Virus record (IMG/VR): IMGVR_UViG_3300032307_000652 | Span: 1 to 64,000 of that record | Length of the DNA: 64,000 bases | Strand: one strand, 5' to 3' | DNA from: a virus | In this document: positions 49,595 through 60,114 of the stretch, piece after piece | How the letters are laid out: the number at the start of each line of letters is the position of its first letter | Numbering within the stretch: position 1 is the stretch's first letter | The notes under the pieces: generated by a model | Told to the model about the DNA's origin: nothing | What the model saw: the letters and a program-made list of their open reading frames with translations, nothing else | Databases searched by the model: none | Translations under genes and position numbers: made by a program

Positions 49595-52500
49595 TATTTT
49601 TATTGAAAAAGATGTAAATAATATCTTCATAGTTAATCCTAATAAAGTTACCAACCAGTTTGGTAACGCTGAAGATAGAAATATTCCTATGGAAGATTTG
49701 GTTTATTATGTCAATTTAGAATGTGATATTAAACCAAGAAGTAGATTAATTGGAGGTATTGATGGTAATCAAACTACAACACAAATTGCGTATGGTAAAA
49801 TTAATTTTTTAAAACCTAACGACCAAGAATACTTAACAACAAATTGGACTAAATTACAAACTGATGTAGATGACCCTAATATTATTAATGGTGAATTATT
49901 AGGTTTAAAGACTGTAACGTATAAAGTTAACACATCGTTTGTTCCAACAATAACTATAACTTTAGAAGACTCAAAAGGTAGAGCTTTAATGGAAAGTGGG
50001 GACAACTCTCTTTATTCTGCTTTTTTTAATTTACCATACCCAACTTTTTATCTAACTATTAAAGGTTATTATGGTAAGGCAATTAGATATCCTATAATAT
50101 TACAAAAATTTAATTCATCGTTTAACTCAAGTACAGGTAATTTTGAGTTAACGTTAAATTTTATTGCATATCAGTTTAATGTATTAACCGATATTACAAT
50201 GGCTTCTCTTTTTGCGGTACCTCAAATGTATTTAAAAAGGACTACAACAAATGTTCCTTTACAGGCATCTAATGGACAAACTGCCGCTAGAGAACAGTTA
50301 GCTCCACAAACACAGACTTCTAATGAATACATTCAACAAAAAGGGATGGAAAAATTAAAAGAAGTTTACAAAAAATATAAAACAAGAAATTTAATTGATG
50401 AAAATGTTCCTGAATTAACAATACAAGAACTTATAACAAAATTAGATAATTTTATTAATTATAGTTTAGAACAATTTGGTCAAGTTTCACTATCGGCATT
50501 AAATGATGTTAAAGAATATTCAGACGCAATTACGGATTATCGAAAGGGTATTTACACAGGTAGAGGGACATCGTGGTTTGACGTTTATTTATCGAGACAA
50601 AAATTTTTTATTAAAAATGGTGATGTAAATGAAAACCAACAGATAGAACCTAATGAAATAAAATTTTATACATTTTCAGAAATACAAGGTTCTTCTGAAA
50701 TTTTAACAGATAATAATACTGTTAACAGTAGAAAAATTACGGGATTTAAAGAATTAGAACCATTAATTAAAAGTTATAATGATAAACTTTTAAATAATGC
50801 GACTTTTGGTAAAAATGGGAAATATCCTATACCTGTAAATATAACTTTAGAAAGTGTTGGAATTATCAAACCAAATTCAATTAACGAAGAAAAAACTTAT
50901 AAATTAAGAAACGGTGGTAATGTAATTACTGAAGAAGAAATAAACTCAATTAAAAACGAAATAGACGAGTTACATCGTATAAATGACCCATTAACGAGTG
51001 CTGGATTAATTTATTATTATTTTGACTTTGATTCTCCGAATCAGTTTAATGATTTATTAAATAAAATACAAGATAATTTACAAGACGCTTCACAAAAAAT
51101 TGAAAAAGAGTTAACTGATGAGTTAGCTAAATTTATCGCGTCATCAACAGGGTTAGGATTTGTCCCTTCTTTAAAAAATATAATGGGAATTATATTGGCG
51201 TCAACTGAAGCGTTTTTACTTCTAATGGATGATGTTCATGTCGCAGCGTACCAAGTTAGAAATAATAAAAAGAAACAAACTTCTGTTGGAAATGTTGACA
51301 TTAAAGGACTTCCTGATTCTCCAGTTTATCCATGGCCGTTATATACCCGAATAAAAGAATGTAATAAATATGAAATTAAGTACCCTGGTGATAATGATGT
51401 GATTAATGATACAAAGGCGTATGATTATGAAATATGGCCTGAAGTGGAATTTGTTGAAGAGTTTTTAAAGGGTTATATGCAAAGACAAACACCACCAGCA
51501 TCAGTTAGCCCATTAGAACCAACAAGTGAAGTTAATCGAATAATGGTTTCGGCGTTTGATACTATACCAACAAATGTCCCATATTCAAATTTAGAAGAAG
51601 TTAGTTTCTTTTATGAATTTTACGAAAGATTAATTTCATTAGTTGAGTATAATGGATTCCTTAAAAAGAAATTATCAGACCCACAATATAGCGCTCAACT
51701 TATCAATTATTTAGTAGAGTCTGAAGGAACCAATATTGTTAACTCAATACTAACCTTTTCACCTAGTATTGTTTCTAAATTTACAAATACTCCATTTACA
51801 GATATCGCAACATTCGGTGAATATTTAAAATCAATATCTAATGATGGAACTGGTTTATTTTGGAATAATAAAGAAGCTGGTGTTTTTAATACAAAATATT
51901 TAAAAGAAAAAATAATAGATTCACCAAGTGGGTTTTTAATTTCGGATTTACCGTCAATTAAAATAACGTTAAAAACCGAGACTAATATGACAAATTATAT
52001 GTCAAGTTCTGTTCACAATACTCAAACTATTTTTGACTTATTACCATATACTAATGAAAATTGGAGAATAAATAATTTATCAAACGGTGAGTCAGAATTT
52101 TCTTTTGAAAATTCTTACAATAAAACTAATTTTTCATTATTTTACAATACATACACAAAGAAAATTAGTAATTATAAAACACCTGCGGGATACGGTACAA
52201 ATAATGAAAAAAACATTATTAAACCTTTTACTAATTTTAAACCATTCTATAACACAATTACACCGCCTGTTGATTTAAATTCATTTTATAATAACAGAAA
52301 ACCAAAAGACTATATTTTAACTGAAGGTAAAACAAAGTATTCAACAAATGAGGAAACTACCTCAATAATGAACACACCGTATTTCATTAATGCGATTCAA
52401 GAAGGTATTAATAATTTAAGAAATAATACTCCTTATCCGTTTAAGGCTGCGTCATATTTGTTTTTAAATAGTTTACCGTTATCAACGTTAAGAGAAAAGT

Positions 52501-55500
52501 ATTTATCTTTTATTGATAATGAAAATGTTCATTTAAATTTTATATCGTCTTCATTAAATAAATTTTCAGGTGTCCATTCTTTACCAAAATTATGGGTTTG
52601 TAAAATCGGTTCTATTTGGCACAGATATAAAAATTATATTTTAAATGATGAAGATATATTAACATCTATATGGACTAATTTTGACGTTTTAAATAATTAT
52701 TACCCTACGTCTAACCCTACATTAGATTATCTTTATTATTTTTCAGGGCAAACAGTTGGTGGTAATAACTATGAATATAAGATTAAATGTTCAGGTTCTA
52801 CAGGAACATCTTCAGGTACTTTAAATGAAATAAATTTAGGATTTTATCCGAAAATTATTAATGATTTTTATTATTTAATTTACAAACAAAATTTATTTTT
52901 ATCATCGGATACTATAACCCAAATAACTGAAAAAATTAATACTCAAATTAAATTAGGAAATTTAATATTATTATCACCATCAGAATCATATTTCCAAACA
53001 GTTAAAACATGGTCTATATTAATTAAGAGTCAATATCTTAATGACTATTATGTTTTACCATCTTTTGGTTTGGGTAAAAACCAACTACAAAATTTATATT
53101 CAAACAACATATCTGAAATAAATACGGACGGAAATTTATTTAATGGTTCTGTTAGATTATTATGGGGGGGACCAAATTACGGATATTTCAACAGTACAAA
53201 CATAGTTAAACCAACAATAAAACAACATTTAAAGAAAGTTTATAAAGATTTAATCGAACAGGAAAGTTTTGAATTAAGGACCGACAGTGATTATTCTTCA
53301 ATCGAAGAAATTTTTGGAGTTTTTACAAAAACTGAATTAGACCAATTTGAATCAGAATTTCTAAGATTTTCAGAAAAAAAAGAGGTTGAATTAAGTCATA
53401 TAAATTTTGAAAAGATTTTATTAATCATTAGTTCAAAGAATTATACTGTAACAGGCTCAAGTGAGAATGATATAGTTGTAGGAATTCAAAAATTACAATT
53501 AAATTCTTTAAACACTTTTTTACCACCATTAATGACTAATAATACGTTATTTAAAAAAGGTAATACTACGGGATTTGATTTACCAACATTTAATTATTTT
53601 AGAGTAAATCCACAGTTAACACCAATAAATGTTGAACTTGGTTACACTGGAAATTTACCACCTGGTTTACCTGGCTCGACAATAACTTTACAACAATCAC
53701 AAGAACAATATCCTGAATCATGGAAAGAGCTACAATTACAGGTAGGATTTTCAACAATTAATGGTGTTAGTTACACTGATGACGGTTCTGCTTTAACTGA
53801 TTTTTTTGTTGATTTTGATATTCCTTTTAATGTTGAAAACATACAAAGGTTTACAACTATTATAAAAATGTATGCTAGTTATAAACATACAACAACAATT
53901 GATAATGTTAGTGATTTATTTAAAGAAAGAGTATCAATAATTTTTGGTAACGATGATTTATTGTATAGTGAGTTATTTAACGGAGTTATTAATTACGTTA
54001 AAAAGAATCTACCACAGACCGACACCACGCAAGTCGAAGAAATTGATAGTGTAATACAAGGATTTCAAAGTAAGATTGAACTTTATGACATGTTTAAAGC
54101 GGTTAATGATAAATGGGTTTCAGCGAATGACTATAATGAAAAAACTCTATTTGAAGATTTTTTATTTTTAGATAGAGCTAATAGAGATATTGGTGGTGAA
54201 ATATACTTGGATATTAATTCAATTACTAAATTTTTAAAAAACACATCACCAAAAACAAATGTATTTACAGTTTTAGATTCTATTTTTAAAACACATAATT
54301 TTATAACATTTTCAATGCCATCGTATATAAATTTTTATAACAATTATACACCTTCTAAAAATTCAGAAAATAAACAAGAAGACCCTGACAGTTTTGCGAA
54401 TAATTTATTTGGTATTTTTAAAAATGTTGATTATCAAAAAACCGCAGCTAAATTAGTAAGTATATACACTGAAAAACCTTCGACACAGTTAAATAACAAA
54501 AGTAAAAACAACGGATATAAAGATGATGGTTTAAATATTATGAATGACGGTGACACATTAAGAGAATGTGACACAAGTAAAGTTCAGGATTTTGCGAAAT
54601 CAAATAAAGTTGTTGGGTTTGCTGTGGATTTTAATTTACAAAATCAAAGTGTATTTGAAAATATTAATGTTAGTCAAGATTTAGGTAAGGCGACTTCTGA
54701 GTCTTTAACTGCGGAATATAATTTAGCAAATGGTACTGCGGGAACTAATACATCGACTCAAAACGTTAGTTTATACAATATATATAAAGACAGAAGTTAT
54801 TCATGTTCTGTTGATGGTTTTGGTAATGCTATGATACAACCTACCATGTATTTTGTTTTAAGAAACGTCCCATTATTTGCTGGTTCTTATTACATAACTG
54901 AAGTTACTCACACTATTAATACAGATAGTTTTAAAACTTCATTTACAGGGACAAGACAAAACAAATATACTTTACCTAAAGTTGAAAATACTTTCCAAAC
55001 ATTAAAAACTGAACTGTTAAAAACTTTAAATAAAAACTACAATAATAAAATCTCAAGTAACGCACCGTTATCACAAAATAAAAATAACATAAAGACTCAA
55101 ATAACTAATGGTATTAAAAATAATGATACTGTTATTGGTGTAAGTAGCTGTTCTTCATCATTGTTTGCTGATTACCAAACGTATGTTCCATTAACTACTC
55201 CGATAATTGCTTACTCCCCTGAGGTAATTATTACTAATATTCTTAATTCAACTATAACAACAACTGAATTCTTTACAACTTATTTTATATTTAAAATTGC
55301 GTCGTATGTTAATGATAATAAAGGTAATTCTTCTTTTAATGCTACGGGATTTAATTTCGCGGATATTACTTTGGATATACCGTATAAAGGTGAATTAACT
55401 AGTTTATTTTTACCAAACTTTATATGTGTTTCTCAAAATGATAAGACAACAAAACCATATGCGGTTTTTGGAAATGATGTTGATTGTGTCACATTAGTTA

Positions 55501-55742
55501 AAAAAAGATATACGGAATATTTTAAAGGTATATTTGATGATTCGATTAGTAATGAACAAACTATTAATGATTTTAATCAAAAAAACAGTGTTCAGCAGTT
55601 AGAATTTAAAGAACAAATTGCTAAAGCTTGGATTGAATATTTTCCTTATAATAAGGTAAAAGAATATCCTAGTATTTTTGAAGATTATAAGAAAAATAAC
55701 CCTACGGAGTATAAAGAATTGTTAGATAAAATATCGTTTTAA
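49581..55742 (+). CDS. very large baseplate hub protein (gp27/gpD-like N- and C-terminal halves)
   Basis: PTITITLED...FYLTIKGYYG near the N-terminus; GNAMIQPTMYF...GSYYITEVTHTI...FKTSFTG near the C-terminus. Confidence 0.6.
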   Translation: MANNNIFIEKDVNNIFIVNPNKVTNQFGNAEDRNIPMEDLVYYVNLECDIKPRSRLIGGIDGNQTTTQIAYGKINFLKPNDQEYLTTNWTKLQTDVDDPNIINGELLGLKTVTYKVNTSFVPTITITLEDSKGRALMESGDNSLYSAFFNLPYPTFYLTIKGYYGKAIRYPIILQKFNSSFNSSTGNFELTLNFIAYQFNVLTDITMASLFAVPQMYLKRTTTNVPLQASNGQTAAREQLAPQTQTSNEYIQQKGMEKLKEVYKKYKTRNLIDENVPELTIQELITKLDNFINYSLEQFGQVSLSALNDVKEYSDAITDYRKGIYTGRGTSWFDVYLSRQKFFIKNGDVNENQQIEPNEIKFYTFSEIQGSSEILTDNNTVNSRKITGFKELEPLIKSYNDKLLNNATFGKNGKYPIPVNITLESVGIIKPNSINEEKTYKLRNGGNVITEEEINSIKNEIDELHRINDPLTSAGLIYYYFDFDSPNQFNDLLNKIQDNLQDASQKIEKELTDELAKFIASSTGLGFVPSLKNIMGIILASTEAFLLLMDDVHVAAYQVRNNKKKQTSVGNVDIKGLPDSPVYPWPLYTRIKECNKYEIKYPGDNDVINDTKAYDYEIWPEVEFVEEFLKGYMQRQTPPASVSPLEPTSEVNRIMVSAFDTIPTNVPYSNLEEVSFFYEFYERLISLVEYNGFLKKKLSDPQYSAQLINYLVESEGTNIVNSILTFSPSIVSKFTNTPFTDIATFGEYLKSISNDGTGLFWNNKEAGVFNTKYLKEKIIDSPSGFLISDLPSIKITLKTETNMTNYMSSSVHNTQTIFDLLPYTNENWRINNLSNGESEFSFENSYNKTNFSLFYNTYTKKISNYKTPAGYGTNNEKNIIKPFTNFKPFYNTITPPVDLNSFYNNRKPKDYILTEGKTKYSTNEETTSIMNTPYFINAIQEGINNLRNNTPYPFKAASYLFLNSLPLSTLREKYLSFIDNENVHLNFISSSLNKFSGVHSLPKLWVCKIGSIWHRYKNYILNDEDILTSIWTNFDVLNNYYPTSNPTLDYLYYFSGQTVGGNNYEYKIKCSGSTGTSSGTLNEINLGFYPKIINDFYYLIYKQNLFLSSDTITQITEKINTQIKLGNLILLSPSESYFQTVKTWSILIKSQYLNDYYVLPSFGLGKNQLQNLYSNNISEINTDGNLFNGSVRLLWGGPNYGYFNSTNIVKPTIKQHLKKVYKDLIEQESFELRTDSDYSSIEEIFGVFTKTELDQFESEFLRFSEKKEVELSHINFEKILLIISSKNYTVTGSSENDIVVGIQKLQLNSLNTFLPPLMTNNTLFKKGNTTGFDLPTFNYFRVNPQLTPINVELGYTGNLPPGLPGSTITLQQSQEQYPESWKELQLQVGFSTINGVSYTDDGSALTDFFVDFDIPFNVENIQRFTTIIKMYASYKHTTTIDNVSDLFKERVSIIFGNDDLLYSELFNGVINYVKKNLPQTDTTQVEEIDSVIQGFQSKIELYDMFKAVNDKWVSANDYNEKTLFEDFLFLDRANRDIGGEIYLDINSITKFLKNTSPKTNVFTVLDSIFKTHNFITFSMPSYINFYNNYTPSKNSENKQEDPDSFANNLFGIFKNVDYQKTAAKLVSIYTEKPSTQLNNKSKNNGYKDDGLNIMNDGDTLRECDTSKVQDFAKSNKVVGFAVDFNLQNQSVFENINVSQDLGKATSESLTAEYNLANGTAGTNTSTQNVSLYNIYKDRSYSCSVDGFGNAMIQPTMYFVLRNVPLFAGSYYITEVTHTINTDSFKTSFTGTRQNKYTLPKVENTFQTLKTELLKTLNKNYNNKISSNAPLSQNKNNIKTQITNGIKNNDTVIGVSSCSSSLFADYQTYVPLTTPIIAYSPEVIITNILNSTITTTEFFTTYFIFKIASYVNDNKGNSSFNATGFNFADITLDIPYKGELTSLFLPNFICVSQNDKTTKPYAVFGNDVDCVTLVKKRYTEYFKGIFDDSISNEQTINDFNQKNSVQQLEFKEQIAKAWIEYFPYNKVKEYPSIFEDYKKNNPTEYKELLDKISF

Positions 55743-55773
55743 TTTTAACATATATTTATAATAAAAAACTATT

Positions 55774-55998
55774 ATGGACACAAAAAAAGTTTTAGATAAT
55801 TATTTAGGTAAAAACACACGTATTACTGAAAAAGAAATTGGTAATGGATTTAAAGAAGTGTGTGATTTAGATACTGGGGATTGTTATTCAATTAGAATGA
55901 AAGATGGTTTAATTGAAAGAGTTGATAACACTTTAAGAACAAACAGAAAAATAAACGTTGAAACAACACAAGGTTTCAAACAACTATTAAACGGTTAA
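55774..55998 (+). CDS. hypothetical protein (74 aa)
   Basis: EVCDLDTGDC; TATTTATA at 55753-60. Confidence 0.7.
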   Translation: MDTKKVLDNYLGKNTRITEKEIGNGFKEVCDLDTGDCYSIRMKDGLIERVDNTLRTNRKINVETTQGFKQLLNG

Positions 55999-56002
55999 AA
56001 AA

Positions 56003-56647
56003 ATGTCAGGAATCGATAAAAAAATTTTAGAGGAAATATCAAGATATAAAAAAATAAATAACTATATCTTTGAACAAGATGCTACGGTACCAGAACCTGA
56101 AGGTGAAGTTCCGCCAGCACCTGACGCAGGAGCGTTGCCACCGGCACCTGAAGCAGGTGCACCAGCACCAACTGATACCGCTCCACAACCTATTGACGTT
56201 GCGTCAGACCCTGATGTTGAAAAAGTAGGTGAAGAAGAAAATGAATCGGAAGAACTTGAGATTACAGATTTAGTAAATTCTCAAAAAAATATCGAAACTA
56301 AACAAGAAGAGTATTTCAATAACCTTTTCAACCAATTAAATGGTTTAGAAAGTAAATTGAAAGATATGGAAGGTATTTTTACAAAATTAAATGATATTGA
56401 AGCTAAGATTGAAAAATACAGAGAAAAAACTCCACAAGAAAAACTTGAACTAAGAAGTTTAGACTCAGGACCGTTTAATCAAAAATTATCTGATTTTTTT
56501 GTGGATAAAGAACAAGAGATGGAAAAATCGGGAAAAAATGAATATGTTTTAACAACTGATGAAGTTGAAGATTTTACACCATCAGAAATTAAATCGACTT
56601 TTAACGATTACGGAGAAGAAACACAATACAAACCTTTGAAATTCTAA
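56003..56647 (+). CDS. hypothetical acidic Pro/Ala-rich coiled-coil protein
   Basis: ILEEISRYKKI leader, PPAPDAGA repeats, coiled coil. Confidence 0.75.
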   Translation: MSGIDKKILEEISRYKKINNYIFEQDATVPEPEGEVPPAPDAGALPPAPEAGAPAPTDTAPQPIDVASDPDVEKVGEEENESEELEITDLVNSQKNIETKQEEYFNNLFNQLNGLESKLKDMEGIFTKLNDIEAKIEKYREKTPQEKLELRSLDSGPFNQKLSDFFVDKEQEMEKSGKNEYVLTTDEVEDFTPSEIKSTFNDYGEETQYKPLKF

Positions 56648-56656
56648 ATTTCAAAT

Positions 56657-56685
56657 TTGACTATCACGGCTGACACACTTATACT
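56657..56685 (+). promoter_or_regulatory. sigma70-like promoter of the replication block
   Basis: AAAT-TTGACT-N17-TATACT. Confidence 0.8.
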
Positions 56686-56715
56686 TGAATATTAACTAAT
56701 AAATTATATACACAA

Positions 56716-57555
56716 ATGGCGACAAATTCCTTAGATGCTGTACTCGCTCAGTACGAAAAAGCGAAAAGTGGGGGTAACTCTGCAAACAAAATGTCTCAAG
56801 AAGACAGAATGAAAAAATATTTTGCGGCAATTTTAACGCAAAACGAGAACTCAGGACAGAAACGTCTTCGTATCTTACCTACCCCTGATGGGTCTTCACC
56901 TTTCAAAGAAGTATGGTATCACGAAGTACAAGTTGAGGGTAAATGGAATAAAATCTATGACCCAGGAAAGAACGATAACGAGCGTTCACCTTTGACTGAA
57001 ATTCATGATGAATTAATGTCAACAGGTAAAGAGTCTGATAAAGAACTCGCTAAATCTTACAAACCTCGTAAATTTTACATCGTTAAAGTAATTGACCGTG
57101 ATAACGAAGCGGACGGAGTTAAGTTCTGGCGTTTCAAACACAATTACAAGAACGAAGGTATCCTTGATAAAATCATTCCGATTTGGAAAGCTAAAGGTGA
57201 TATCACTGACCCTGTTAATGGACGTGACCTTATCATTGAGTTAACAAAGGCTAAGACTCCAAAAGGAGCAACTTATACGGTTATTCAAACAGTTATGCAT
57301 GACGACCCATCACCTGTTCACACAGATGCTGAAACGTCTAAGTCATGGATTGAAGACCCACTTACTTGGGCTGATGTTTACTCTAAAAAACCTGTTGAGT
57401 ACTTGGAAGCAATTGCTCGTGGAGAAACTCCAAGATGGTCATCTGATTTAGGTAAATATGTTTACGGTGATAGTTCATCTGATGAAGGTACTATCGGTGG
57501 TTCATATGTTGACCCACAGGCTGGTGACGAACCAGATGGTGATTTACCATTCTAA
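56716..57555 (+). CDS. single-stranded DNA-binding protein (T4 gp32-like)
   Basis: RLRILP, PFKEVWYH, FYIVKVIDR, DITDPVNGRD, acidic tail ending DLPF. Confidence 0.85.
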   Translation: MATNSLDAVLAQYEKAKSGGNSANKMSQEDRMKKYFAAILTQNENSGQKRLRILPTPDGSSPFKEVWYHEVQVEGKWNKIYDPGKNDNERSPLTEIHDELMSTGKESDKELAKSYKPRKFYIVKVIDRDNEADGVKFWRFKHNYKNEGILDKIIPIWKAKGDITDPVNGRDLIIELTKAKTPKGATYTVIQTVMHDDPSPVHTDAETSKSWIEDPLTWADVYSKKPVEYLEAIARGETPRWSSDLGKYVYGDSSSDEGTIGGSYVDPQAGDEPDGDLPF

Positions 57556-57561
57556 TTTATA

Positions 57562-57600
57562 AAAGGTTGGACACTAATATACACAAAGTGTCCAACCTTT
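57562..57600. repeat. perfect 14-bp inverted repeat (11-nt loop)
   Basis: AAAGGTTGGACACT / AGTGTCCAACCTTT. Confidence 0.9.
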
Positions 57601-57640
57601 GCTATTTTTAAACAACAAACAATTTAAATCATAGACATTT

Positions 57641-58639
57641 ATGGCAATAAAGAAAAAAGAATTTTCATTAGATGCGATTAAAGACAAATATTCAACCAAG
57701 ACAAAATATAAAGAAACAGACTTTTATGAAGTCGGTGAGGCTTTCCATAATAGTTGCGGTTTACCTGGTCCTGCTTTGGGTAACATCAACATGTTCTTGG
57801 GTCATTCGAACTCTTCAAAAACGACCGCGCTTGTCAAAGCCGCTGTGTCTACTCAGCAGAAGGGGCATTTGCCTGTTTTCATTATCACCGAGAAAAAATG
57901 GAGTTGGGACCACGCAGTAGAACTTGGTCTTAAAGCTGAAATGACTGATGGTGAATGGGACGGACAATTTATCTTTAATGATAATTTTGATTACATTGAA
58001 CAAGTTACTGACTACATCAACGAGTTATTAGACGAACAAGAAAAAGGTAATATTCCTTATTCTCTTTGTTTCCTTTGGGATTCAGTTGGTTCAGTTCCTT
58101 GTAAGATGACCTTTGATGGTAAAGGTGGTAAACAACATAACGCATCTGTATTGGCGGATAAAATTGGTATGGGTATCCAAGCCCGTATTACTAAATCTCG
58201 TAAAGAGGATTATCCATATACAAACACAATGGTTGTAGTTAATCAACCTTGGGTTGAATTACCTGATAATCCATTTGGACAACCAACAATTAAAGCAAAA
58301 GGTGGTGAAGCTCTTTGGTTAGCATCGGCTCTTGTATTCTTGTTTGGTAATCAGAAAAATGCTGGTATTAATCACATTACAGCAACTAAAAATGGTAGAA
58401 CGGTATCTTACGCCATCAGAACAAAAATCTCTGTCCTAAAGAACCATATCAATGGATTAGGATATAAAGATGGTAAGATTATCGCGACACCACAAGGATA
58501 TATTGCTGACGATAAAGACGCTCTTGAAAAATACAAAAAAGAGTATTCTCAGTATTGGAACGCAATTCTTTCAGGAACAGGTGAAATAACTCTTGATGAG
58601 ACTGAAGAAACTTTTACAAACGAAAACGAACCATTTTAA
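57641..58639 (+). CDS. RecA/UvsX-like recombinase
   Basis: GHSNSSKTT, IITE, LWDSVG, VVNQ, KGGEAL, KNH. Confidence 0.88.
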   Translation: MAIKKKEFSLDAIKDKYSTKTKYKETDFYEVGEAFHNSCGLPGPALGNINMFLGHSNSSKTTALVKAAVSTQQKGHLPVFIITEKKWSWDHAVELGLKAEMTDGEWDGQFIFNDNFDYIEQVTDYINELLDEQEKGNIPYSLCFLWDSVGSVPCKMTFDGKGGKQHNASVLADKIGMGIQARITKSRKEDYPYTNTMVVVNQPWVELPDNPFGQPTIKAKGGEALWLASALVFLFGNQKNAGINHITATKNGRTVSYAIRTKISVLKNHINGLGYKDGKIIATPQGYIADDKDALEKYKKEYSQYWNAILSGTGEITLDETEETFTNENEPF

Positions 58640-58648
58640 TTTTAGTTC

Positions 58649-59653
58649 GTGAAAAAAACACTACTTGTTGACGGAAATAATCTGATGAAGATTGGGTTTC
58701 ATGGTGTGAAGGATTACTTCCACAATGGGGAACACATCGGGGCGTTGTATCATTTTATGAATACACTTCGTAAGTTTATCAGTGAACATAACTTTGACAA
58801 GGTAGTAGTATTTTGGGATGGTGAAGACTCCACGAGTTTACGTGGAATTCTTTACCCCAAATACAAACAAAACCGACGATTGGTTATGGAGGACTCTATC
58901 TTTATGTCCTACTTAAAACAAAAAAATCGTATCAAACAATATTTGGAAGAAGTCTATATAAGACAATTAGAGATTAGTGGTAGAGAAGCCGATGATTTAA
59001 TTGCTTATTATTGTCAAGTATCTGAAAATGAGGATAAATTAATTTTTTCGTCAGACAGAGATTTAACACAACTTATTTCTGAAAATGTATCCATATACTC
59101 ACCATCAGTTAAAGCTACCTTTAAACACGGGGATAAGATTAAATTTGATGATTTTGAGTTCCCACACTATAACGTAAAAACTTTAAAGATATTAACTGGT
59201 GATAAGTCAGATAATATTGAAGGTATCTATCTTTTGGGTGAAAAAACTTTAGTTAAATTTTTCCCTGAGATACTTGAAAAAGAAGTTTCTTATAACGATA
59301 TTTTAACAAGAGCTGAAGATTTGTTAAAAGAACAAAAAGACAATCAGACCTTAAAAAATCTTTTAACGGGTAAAACAAAATCAGGTATCTTTGAACAAGA
59401 ATTTTTCCAAGTTAATGAACAGATTGTGGACTTATCTAATCCTTTATTGAGGGATGAAGACAAAGAAGAAATACAATCAATCGTTACTGAAAAATTGGAT
59501 ATCGAAGGTAGAAGTTACAAGAACTTAATTAAATATATGGTTGAGGACGGGTTGTTCAAATACCTACCAAAGGGTGACGACGCATGGACGTATTTCATCC
59601 AACCTTTTATGAAGTTAACAAGAAAAGAAAAAACAAAAACAAACAAAAAATAA
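58649..59653 (+). CDS. 5'-3' exonuclease / T4 RNase H-like flap nuclease
   Basis: LLVDGNN, WDG, YKQNR, EADDLIA, SSDRDLTQL, GDKSDNI.G. Confidence 0.93.
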   Translation: MKKTLLVDGNNLMKIGFHGVKDYFHNGEHIGALYHFMNTLRKFISEHNFDKVVVFWDGEDSTSLRGILYPKYKQNRRLVMEDSIFMSYLKQKNRIKQYLEEVYIRQLEISGREADDLIAYYCQVSENEDKLIFSSDRDLTQLISENVSIYSPSVKATFKHGDKIKFDDFEFPHYNVKTLKILTGDKSDNIEGIYLLGEKTLVKFFPEILEKEVSYNDILTRAEDLLKEQKDNQTLKNLLTGKTKSGIFEQEFFQVNEQIVDLSNPLLRDEDKEEIQSIVTEKLDIEGRSYKNLIKYMVEDGLFKYLPKGDDAWTYFIQPFMKLTRKEKTKTNKK

Positions 59654-59661
59654 AATAAATT

Positions 59662-60114
59662 ATGAAAGAACAAGACATTACCAAACTGGAATTCTTGATG
59701 ACGGTAAACAACAATTTTATCGTACAACGTTTTTTTAACGTTAAAGGGTATAACCCAAAGGCTCACAACTCAGCAGAGTTGATTGATTTGATGGATGGTT
59801 TCATTTCAGATTTGAAAGAAAATTTCAAGATGAAAACTGTAAACTACATGTTGGACAATCAATATCAGATTAGTGAAGACCCTGAGGTATTGAACACATC
59901 ATTCACTGATGGACCTGAGTCGTTTAACATCTATATCAAAAATGGTGATACGACAATGTGTCATTATTCATTTGATGCTAAACTTTATCCACCTAAGGTG
60001 AGATACACCGTAGACATACGCCCGTTCCTAAAAGGAATACTTTTTGGTCTTACTGACGTGTTGTCATCTAGAAATTTAACACACGAATACATGGGTTATC
60101 AGCTAGCTCGTTGA
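59662..60114 (+). CDS. hypothetical protein (150 aa) in replication block
   Basis: Coupled ORF; YPPKVRYTVDIRP. Confidence 0.75.
   Translation: MKEQDITKLEFLMTVNNNFIVQRFFNVKGYNPKAHNSAELIDLMDGFISDLKENFKMKTVNYMLDNQYQISEDPEVLNTSFTDGPESFNIYIKNGDTTMCHYSFDAKLYPPKVRYTVDIRPFLKGILFGLTDVLSSRNLTHEYMGYQLAR

Noticed and set aside
35337-55742. Bacterial contractile injection system or tailocin
   Set aside because: Embedded among phage neck, polymerase, helicase and RNR genes, with no host housekeeping genes
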